Position numbers and translations under genes: made by a program | From: Eledone cirrhosa | Lineage: Eukaryota | Length of the DNA: 64,000 bases | NCBI GenBank assembly: GCA_964016885.1 | Contig: OZ024750.1 | Span: forward strand, 11,036,001 to 11,100,000 | Direction of reading: 5' to 3' | Notes under the pieces: generated by a model | The model's database searches: none | Told to the model about the DNA's origin: nothing | What the model saw: the letters and a program-made list of their open reading frames with translations, nothing else | Shown here: one piece after another, positions 54,736 to 64,000 of the stretch | How positions within the stretch are numbered: the stretch's first letter is position 1 | Layout of the letters: every line of letters starts with the position of its first letter

Positions 54736-57647
54736 TATGCTTCCAATTATGGAAATTAAATTCATGGATGCTGAAGATATGATGGAGGGAAACATTTGTT
54801 TCTTAATTGTTAGAAAAGAAGAATTTTTCTTTTTTCAACTTGTTATGATTGAAAATATAATTATTTCATAAATATTTGCTGAATAACTGAAAATTGACAC
54901 GAAAGTTTCAACAGTAGGTGTGCATTGTTTTCTACGATAGAAGTATTTCCCTTACAAATGTCATTGCACGTTAAACTGCTGGAAGACATTCAGCGATTAT
55001 TTGTAAACGTGGATCTTTTTAATACTATTTAAAAGAAGCAGCTCTGAAAATCTTTATGATTCACTGTTCTATACCTAGGTCAACATTTACTTGCAATGCA
55101 TAAAGGTTTGCTAGTTGTAATCAAAGCAGTAAATAAAATAGAAACCCAAACTTTGATCACCTATATTATTCGGTAGATTTGCTATGAATAGAACTTAAGA
55201 GATGTTTAATACACAACGAGATTTCGTTGGAAATTGTGTACCATTTTATGACCTTTTTGCTTTTATTCTCGATTTTGTAAAAATATCAGTTGCAGAAATG
55301 ATTTGCATTGAACTGTAAAGCGGATGAACTGATGTTGTATGAATCTACAGGGCAGTAAGCTGTCTAAATTAAAGCAAAGGGAAGAATAATGGTATTTATC
55401 AACATGATAGCAATCTTTAAAAGAAAGGAGTCCAGCAGATGGAGATTTTAATCTGTTTCCATGTATACAAACACACAATGAGCTAATGTTGAAGATTGAT
55501 TTACTCTCTTTAGATACGGATCTGAACTGCCATCTGTACTATCGTCAAGCAGGGAATGAAGATATGTTGACTAGAATTATTTCAAATTGTGATGAAATAC
55601 AAATACACGACCGGGTTCATTTCAAATTGAGGCAAATAATGCTAATGTAAATATACAGCGAGTTATACTTGTCATATTTGCAACACCTTATTGAAGCGCA
55701 AGCACGTTTTCAACAAATATTTGCTCTAAAGGATACACTGATTGAGAGCATAATATCAATTATGCGAGGTTTCGTTTTATTTCAATGAAATACAACTTGG
55801 TGTTACAATTGCCAAAATATAATTAGACAGCACGAATATATAAATTTAAAAAATAAAGCAGGTTTAACAGATAGGAGCTATACTTCATTACGAAGCACAC
55901 GTTTATTCTAATAATAAATCAGCATTACCTCCCAGGAAGAAGTTCCGATTGATGAAAACAATAGGCAGATATCGAAAGTTTTATTTGATGAAAGTATTAT
56001 AAATTATTGTTAATTTAAATTTTACCTGGGCTTCTATTCAATTTATCGCATTTCAACACGGTTATTTAGATACCTTTTTATCTTTTTCATGCAAAATTAA
56101 AAATCATCTGTTTTTTTGTTTTTCATGTTTACCATGAAAATTTACGAACAAACTATTTTTTATAGCAAAGTTCCTTGAAAATTTAAACCATCATGTTATA
56201 TTATTTGTTAACTCTACAAATAATTAGTAAATTTTTGAAAACAATACCTTTAGATGAAATTCTTTTTTTTTAAAGTGTTATCTGAAACATTTTACATTGT
56301 GTTTAATTATGTGAATAGCATTGAAAACGATATATTTTGTTGTAAAGTAACACTACTGACATGTGCTGATAAAACACCTTAATTTATAGTAATTGTATTG
56401 CAATAAATTTCATCTCCGCAAATATGCAACTTTTGGATTAACCCAAGCAATTCCGAAATTAAAACGCTGAATAAATTACAGGAAATAAGAATGTTCATTA
56501 ATGCATCAATTAAGTTTCTTTCATTGCATTTAATACTTTTTAATATTATAAACCGTCAACGTTTTCTTTTCTTTTTTTGCCGCTGTTATTAACATCGATT
56601 AAACGAATGTTAGACCGGAAGCTGCGTGTTGCACAGATGTCCGTAATAAAATAGGTTATTAATAAGAGGCTTGCAGAACAGTATCAACTAAAATCATTTC
56701 TGTGGCCATAAAATATTAGAAATAAGCCGTATTTACATTTTTCCAAAATTTTAAGCCATCTTGCTTTTCACTTTCTCGTACCCTAAAATCAAAATCAATA
56801 AAGAAGCCTTTTAACAGACACTAGAATATATCCGACGAAACGAACTAATTTGGTTGATCACTGCTAGGGAATTTCTCATTTTATGTTTATTCGCCTATGG
56901 GGCAACATTGAATTGAATTTGACCCCACTTTAAGAAAGTTGCTGATAAATAATTAAACAATTTCTAATAGGTTTCACTAAATGTCCCAGGAAATGAGTAG
57001 AATTAATTAATTGTGCCAATGTATAGTGACGTGTAGTCTAGAGTAAAAGTTTCTTTCTTTTAAAGTTTCTATAGTTGCTTTATATTTTGTTGGATAGAAT
57101 ACATACAAGTTAGGACAATGAACCTACAATCTATTAAGATTAAATATATTCGGTGAAGGTTTTGTTTTTATCTTGCTGTAGGCCTAGATACGGCTTCTTC
57201 CTTTCATGTAATTAAATTTTTTTTTTTTTAATGTTTCTTTCATACGGTCAAAAATTCCAAAATCTATGTAGAGTTCATGTTTCTCTTTTAAGAAAAAATT
57301 AAATGATATTGCACTTTTCTATAGAAAACTTATTTGATTTCAACGAGAAAATTATTGAAGATTTCGACATAGAAATTTGATCATAAATTTCCAGGGGCCC
57401 TATTATCGTAATTTAATTATAAGAAACATTAGGCTGACTGTAAAGAGAGCCAACAAAATAAACAGTAATAATTTACAATACTAGCTATACATATTTAATT
57501 AATACTTTATATTTGGGGAGAATATTTCCATTGCTAATTAGATCAGAATAATAGAGCCACGTGATCTTGTTATAATTGCATTTAAAAATCTGAAAGCTAG
57601 GAAAGTATGAAGGGATGTGGGATTATTACATGCGGGTAATCAGTAAA

Positions 57648-57830
57648 TAATTTGTTCTACTTTTGGCACAAGGCCAGCAATTATCCATTGTATTACTGGT
57701 ACGTTATTTTATCGACCCCGTAAGAAGGAAAGGCAAAGCTAACCTCGGCAAGATTTGAACTCAGATTGTAAAGGGCCGTAACCATGCTGCAAAGCATGTT
57801 GCCCGACGCTCTGCCGGTACTGCGAATCCA
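57648..57830 (-). mobile_element. SINE S1
   Basis: Reverse copy. Confidence 0.88.
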
Positions 57831-58218
57831 TAATATTCATGAAGATACGTTGTTTTATTTTGCAATTCATTCATGTAAAAAATCTAGTTGAAATCATTTT
57901 GAATACAAGGTCAGAAAAATTCTATATTATATCCTACGCAATATTATGTTTAATCAACTAGAATGATAGTTTTCTGTATCATATACTGCATCCATATTTT
58001 GATATATCTAAATTCCCGTTTCACGTATTTAGAAAACAGAGAAATGATATCTATTTTGAAACTGCGTTGGTTGTCAATTTCGTTTACATTTACTCCTATA
58101 TTTTCACCTATAGCTTATACACGTAATCCTACAATTCTCCAGTTACACTTAACATTCCCGAAATATATTTATTTTATTAAAGTATTGTTCAAACAAATTA
58201 ACATACGAAATTATACAC

Positions 58219-58748
58219 ACCCTCTTCCTGCTATTTCAAGCGTTAACCAACTATATTCCTTTCATATACTGTTCCGAATGTGCTGTTATTTCTGTTTACC
58301 TTTTACTTATATATATATCAACGCTTACGTGGAACTCTCAAATTCGTTGGATTTTCTAATTGGATTTTCACCCCGAAACTGGATACCAACCCGGGGTATA
58401 CCCGAACGTCCTCCAGAAAATCTTTCGTATCATTGGAATTTTCTTTCCTTCTTGCATTTAAATATTCCACGACTCTATCACTTTTCCTCTCCTACAATCT
58501 TCTTACACCACCTTCTTCTCACCCGTCTATTTTTCACTCCTACCCTAGTACCTTCAACATGCCCAATCTCATGTTTTACAATTCCAACCCGCCCGTCCCT
58601 TCAATCTATCTTACTTCTCATTCTTTCTTCTGATGAAGTACTAGCGTCCGAAACGTCAAGTCCCACTTCCTGCTATTTCAAGCGTTAACCTAATATGTTC
58701 CTTTCATAAACTGTTCCGATTCTGTTATTTCTGATTATCTTTTTCACA
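58219..58748 (+). mobile_element. family H PLE: solo tail (58219-58308), (TA)n, then GIY-YIG remnant, HHR and tail (58320-58748)
   Basis: Frameshifted FTPKLDTNP/RGIPER resembles the GIY-YIG end (L.T..P.GIN). Tail CTTCCTGCTATTTCAAGCGTTAACC occurs twice. Confidence 0.75.
58627..58660 (+). ncRNA. minimal Type I hammerhead ribozyme
   Basis: CTT-CTGATGA-a-GtAC-tagc-GTCC-GAAAC-GTC-AAG: intact core, GUC site, palindromic ACGT stem III. Confidence 0.8.
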
Positions 58749-58958
58749 CATATATATATATAGATAGATATAGATATATATCACATAAGAAACGGAGAAT
58801 CAGTGGTGCGACGAATAAGATTTATTAGACATATTACAATCGTTTCTCTGGTGATCAGCTGGAGGCATGATCGATGTAATGATCAAACCTGACTGAAATC
58901 GCAAGATCCTCGGACATGTCTCGATTCTACGAAGCAGAGTTTCTAAATTATATATATG

Positions 58959-58999
<41 letters not shown>

Positions 59000-59259
59000 G
59001 CAAAATATTCAATGTATAGAAAATACATTTATAACACTATCATTTTCGGAATGATTAATTATAGAAATATAAATGTAAATATTTGATTCTGTTCCGTCTT
59101 TTTCTATATAATCTTTTAATGATTTTCTTCATTTGCGCCTATCATTCATCGATATATATTGATAAAGTTTCTCATATTTTTATAATTTGTGTCAGATCTC
59201 TCAATGATTTGTGTCTTTTTAATAATAAAGGTTTATCACTGGTTTCCTTACCTGCCTCA

Positions 59260-59332
<73 letters not shown>

Positions 59333-59478
59333 TGTAATAAACAACATAACATAATTATTTCGTTGGATTTGAAAAACAGAGTTTAGGTTAAATGAAAGTG
59401 AGGCTGAATCAAAATGACGGGTATGAATGAGGGGAAAAATATATATATATAAATATCCAAATACTTCATTTATATATT

Positions 59479-59516
<38 letters not shown>

Positions 59517-59618
59517 TATGTAGATAGATATATATATAGAGATATATATATATATAGATAGATATATATATGTACATATTTAAGTGTGCGTGAAAGCGAG
59601 AGAGAGAGAGAGAGAGAG

Positions 59619-59709
<91 letters not shown>

Positions 59710-59866
59710 AAAAGAGAAAGATTATATGTGTTTCCATATTTGCATTGAAACATTTAATATACCTCAGATATGCAGTGAAAAATCTTGTGTTGGTTATGAA
59801 TTAAACTACGTTGTTCGGGAATTGCAATTTTGCAGAATCTTTAGAATGCCGAATAGAATGCTTTTC

Positions 59867-59924
<58 letters not shown>

Positions 59925-60095
59925 ACCAAAATTAAGATAAAATTAAATGAATTTAATCTAAATCGAAATTGTGGGTGTCATGCCATAACGGCATATTTAT
60001 TTGTTACCCAACTAGCCGTGCGTGGTTACACGCTTGTAAAAATTATCTCCTGTGGTTATTCATGTATATATATATGTTAATCAATTTCTAGTTAT

Positions 60096-60179
<84 letters not shown>

Positions 60180-62060
60180 CGTATGTTAATTACTTTAAGG
60201 TGTAGCCTATCTATTCATCGATACATTCTTATTTGGTGCTTTGTGCAAACCTAATTGTAGCTCGTTCGCTTGGCCACCGCCATAACTTCGATTTTGCTAA
60301 CCTTCCACTTGTATATATATATAACACCCCTTCACTGTATTTTAGCCTTATTGGAACACCGACAATTGAATTGAATTTAGGCTGTTTGTGTCAAGATTTC
60401 GAAATCGTTGACTACTTTACTCTTGCTATACCCGCAGAGTATGCTGCAAATACATGTACCTATATTTAATAGTGCTCACATCATCTACAGACTATAGATA
60501 TTTTTTCGAGTTCCACAACCTCAGATTTTATATACGATTATTGTTTCGACAGTTTCAGGAATAATATTTCATGTAGGCACAAGAAAATATTTTAAAAAAT
60601 GATATCTATGAACTTTATCATCTTTGCCTTCGAGCAGAAGCTGAACTAGCGTGAAAACACGTTTCAGCGTAATTTAGAAAAACGTGACGAATTGTTCTGA
60701 TTACAGCTCATACGTGTTTTAACACCTCATCATATTTTATTTCATTGTTTTTTGTTCATTTTTAGACATTTTCTAAATTATAATGTAATATATCTCACAG
60801 AGATTTTATAGAAAACTGACTGAGAGGTAACTGTAATATTATTATATTCCGAAAGGTAAAAGTCATGGGATTATTCCCAAAGATAATTCTAAAGGAGTAA
60901 TGACATTTGCATATTGCTTCTGAATCTAAATTTTAATACATCGAAACCTAGGTTATACAAATTATGGTGCTGCTATTTGACTTCATATTTCAGTCTGAGT
61001 AAATAAAACTGCTGTTGTTTTCCCCAGTCAAGACTAATTTATTAAACTTAAACATGACCATATTTATATTTTTTGCATAATATATCCTCGAGCAGATACT
61101 CTACTGTGCCCTTCATCTTTTAAGAGGCTAGGATGACATTTGAGAGTGATTTCGCTGCATGTTCTAGCATCTGGCTTACTCACGTGTAGATTCCTACACT
61201 AGCTTATACAATTACCCAGGATAAAATCTTTCGCTTTCTTAAATAAAAGGAGGAAATAGGTGAGCTGAGATCCCGTATATGACAACCATAGGCGGAAATC
61301 AATATTTGTTAACTGCAAAAATATTTAGTTCATATCCCATGTTTATTATGCTTTCTCTCTGGTGATCATTAATGGTTTTATTCTTGCATATGGGTTTCTA
61401 TTTGTTCTGTTCGAGATGGCTCTGTTTATTTTCCACACAATTCCTCAAGCTATAAATTAACATTTAGACTTTTTTAACATTAGCAAACAGTAATAGTGTT
61501 AAATCATCTCGCAAATATAGATGAATAGCCAATGGGATGAGCCAAATAGACTCAAGATCAATATTAAGGGATACCTATTACTTTTATATTTCTTTTAATA
61601 CGAACACAAATGTTTTATATAAGTAGGTGACAAAAAATTAGCCAATTATAAAACATTTATGTGCTCTGAAAAGACTGGATGATCACCGCAAGAATATTCT
61701 TGTTATCGTTTGGGACTGTACAAACAAAAATCGTGATTTCTTACCGAAAATTTCAAACATAGAATGTAACCTCCCGCAAATATTCATCCATGATTTAATT
61801 AACACAGCATCAGAAAGGGACCCTGTTCACAATGGGTCGATTTACTAACATTAACGGCCAAATCCCCCTCAAATTTCACCAAATTGTTATAAAGAGTGAT
61901 CGATAGCATTGAATAATGCCGTTCCGGGTACGCTTTACCTGACTGAAAAGTTAGGACATATATATAATAATAATATTTATACTAATATAAAATATCAGAT
62001 ATAATATAGAGCAGAAATACAACATAGATAACAATCACATTTTTGTTTAATACATTTAAT

Positions 62061-62107
62061 TGCTAACGATCGTTTCTTCCAGACATATGTCTGGAATCAT
62101 CAGAACA
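62061..62107 (-). ncRNA. minimal Type I hammerhead ribozyme in a TA-flanked element (about 61965-62224)
   Basis: Minus strand TGTT-CTGATGA-TTCCAGACATATGTCTGGAA-GAAAC-gatc-GTT-AGCA; all three stems pair. Confidence 0.85.
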
Positions 62108-62684
62108 TATACAATGTTAAAACAAATAAATTCCTAATCCTTAAAACATTAATTAAGATACATTATACTAGGGAAGACTAATTATAATTGTTAGTGTCAG
62201 TTACAATATATTGAAGAGTAAGAGTATATATATATATATACTGAATTATAGGTATGTTCCATGAGATGTTCGTCAAGAGCTACACTACAACAAACGCCCA
62301 CACGATACTGATTTAATTGATTTTTTAAGTGGTAAGCTATACTAACATGTAACCAATACTAGTAGGTCGAATATAAACGTGCGTAAATAAGGGAAGCGAA
62401 ATAGGCGAATAAAATATAGAATATAACATAAATATTTTCGCAATACACGTTTGTTCTGATAGCCATGATTGTGCCAGAAAACCTCCCTGAGAAATATGTT
62501 CGTACTCATCTGCTAATGTATCGCTTTCCTCAGTTTATTTCCAACTTTGTATTTATATAAGGAAACGTCATATTTCATCAATATATTATCAATATTAGAA
62601 ACGAAGTCTAAGAATATTGATTATTGTTTTAAAAATATTTTGTTAGAGAAGGGCAATTAATAACCAATAACTACACTCATTTAC

Positions 62685-62787
<103 letters not shown>

Positions 62788-62979
62788 TGTCTCTTCTGTG
62801 CGTGTGATAGCGTGTGTGTATGTGTGAGTGATAGAATTGGTAGAAGCTTTTTACTCCAGAAGCCTGAGAAGAAATACAATTATTGTTTGCTTATATCTTC
62901 CCCTTGGTAATTTGTAAAAATTCCGCGCTTGGCCTTCAGGGAATCAATAAGAAATCTTATTACAAATGGCATAATTGCT

Positions 62980-63021
<42 letters not shown>

Positions 63022-63653
63022 AATACGTATATGAATTCATTCCACATATAGATAGTGGTGCACAATAGTAATGAGCTCAGTAGTAGGTTTTAACAAAGAC
63101 ATAAAACACTTTTAATATGACGTCAGTATTCCTATGAAATTGACATGATATTAACTCATTAATTAATTCTTCAATACTTTGAAGAATCCATACAATGTCG
63201 GAATGCCGAAGAAGTAAAAACACTTCATTCCATTTCACATCTTTTCCAACACTGCATAAACTATATACATTAAGAACTGAATAGAACCGCATGCGCCTTA
63301 ATTCTGAAGCAGAAAAAGGAAATGCAACCAAGCAGTATTTCAATGTTTTAAGTAACCCAGATCTGATTTAAAGCACTCTTTAAATGTCTCACAATGAAGG
63401 GATTCGGCTTCAAGGAAGAACATATTTACTGCATGAACAGATGTTTTAAATTTCGCCAAGCAAATCCTCTTCAGGTCGAATGTAATCTTTTGATAAAAAC
63501 AAGATATGGAATTTAAGTCCTCATAACGGCTGATGGCAACTAAAATATTCGTTGTTAAGGGTGTTTACACTATTTTATACCATCTCTGCGCACCGTTCCT
63601 TATAAACATACAAGCAGAACCCCCGTCTCATATATATGTACATATATATATAA

Positions 63654-63969
63654 AGTAATAATAATAAATGTGAAGACTAAAATCCAAAGAGGGCTCGATA
63701 AGGATAAATATATATCAAATATATATTTATCCTTATCCAGCCTTTATATATCAAATATATTTATTCTTTCGCATTTATATATCAAATATATTTATCCTTT
63801 CGCCTTTATATATCAAATATATAAGAACCCTAGAGCAAATATTAAAATAACAGATTAAAGTCTAAGCAAAGAATCGCTGCTTTCACCCTTAACGGGATCT
63901 GAGTTACAGAAGATCCCGTTAAGGGTGAGAGCAGCGATTATTTGCTTACACTTTAATCTGTTATTTTAA
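63654..63969. mobile_element. family A copy 2
   Basis: Arms 63842-63900 and 63911-63969, spacer GAGTTACAGA. Tail contains a local fold-back and tandem expansion. Confidence 0.85.
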
Positions 63970-64000
63970 AATATATATATATAGAGAGAGAGAGGAAAAG

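Noticed and set aside
55341-55354. mir-10-like CCCTGTAGAT on the minus strand
   Set aside because: Only about 10 nt match and no precursor hairpin.
55513-55650. Acceptor plus a reading resembling the mariner RIVTGDETWIH region
   Set aside because: Similarity too weak, no TIRs.
57963-58688. 241 aa ORF
   Set aside because: Runs through repeat tails and a TA tract; no domain apart from the frameshifted PLE remnant.
58790-58950. Additional HHR halves (GAGACATGTC, GAAACGATTGTA); similar weak ones at 17.8 kb and 31.8 kb
   Set aside because: Too degenerate to assemble a core and stems.

Overview
AT-rich eukaryotic intergenic or deep-intronic DNA. The repeat content suggests an octopod cephalopod, inferred from recalled repeat families and not verified. 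I found no supportable host protein-coding gene; most long ORFs in the track are (TA)n/(CA)n/(GA)n translation artefacts. The window holds: (1) about 25 copies of a tRNA-derived SINE, several with clear TSDs, plus a sister SINE with another tail and CORE-like SINEs; (2) decayed LINE fragments (RTE RT with YADD, CRE and R4/Dong RLE domains, L1/Tx1); (3) two MITE-like elements, two minisatellites and many microsatellites; (4) roughly ten different short elements sitting in or against microsatellite tracts, mostly (TA)n, that carry minimal Type I hammerhead ribozyme (HHR) motifs, intact, decayed or halved. Several of these form near-perfect palindromes with one longer, tailed arm, and two follow remnants of a GIY-YIG C-terminus, pointing to Penelope-like element (PLE) termini. 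Separate copies share the same fold-back junction, suggesting non-autonomous palindromic HHR elements that propagate as a unit. All folds were read by eye; boundaries may be off by a few bases.
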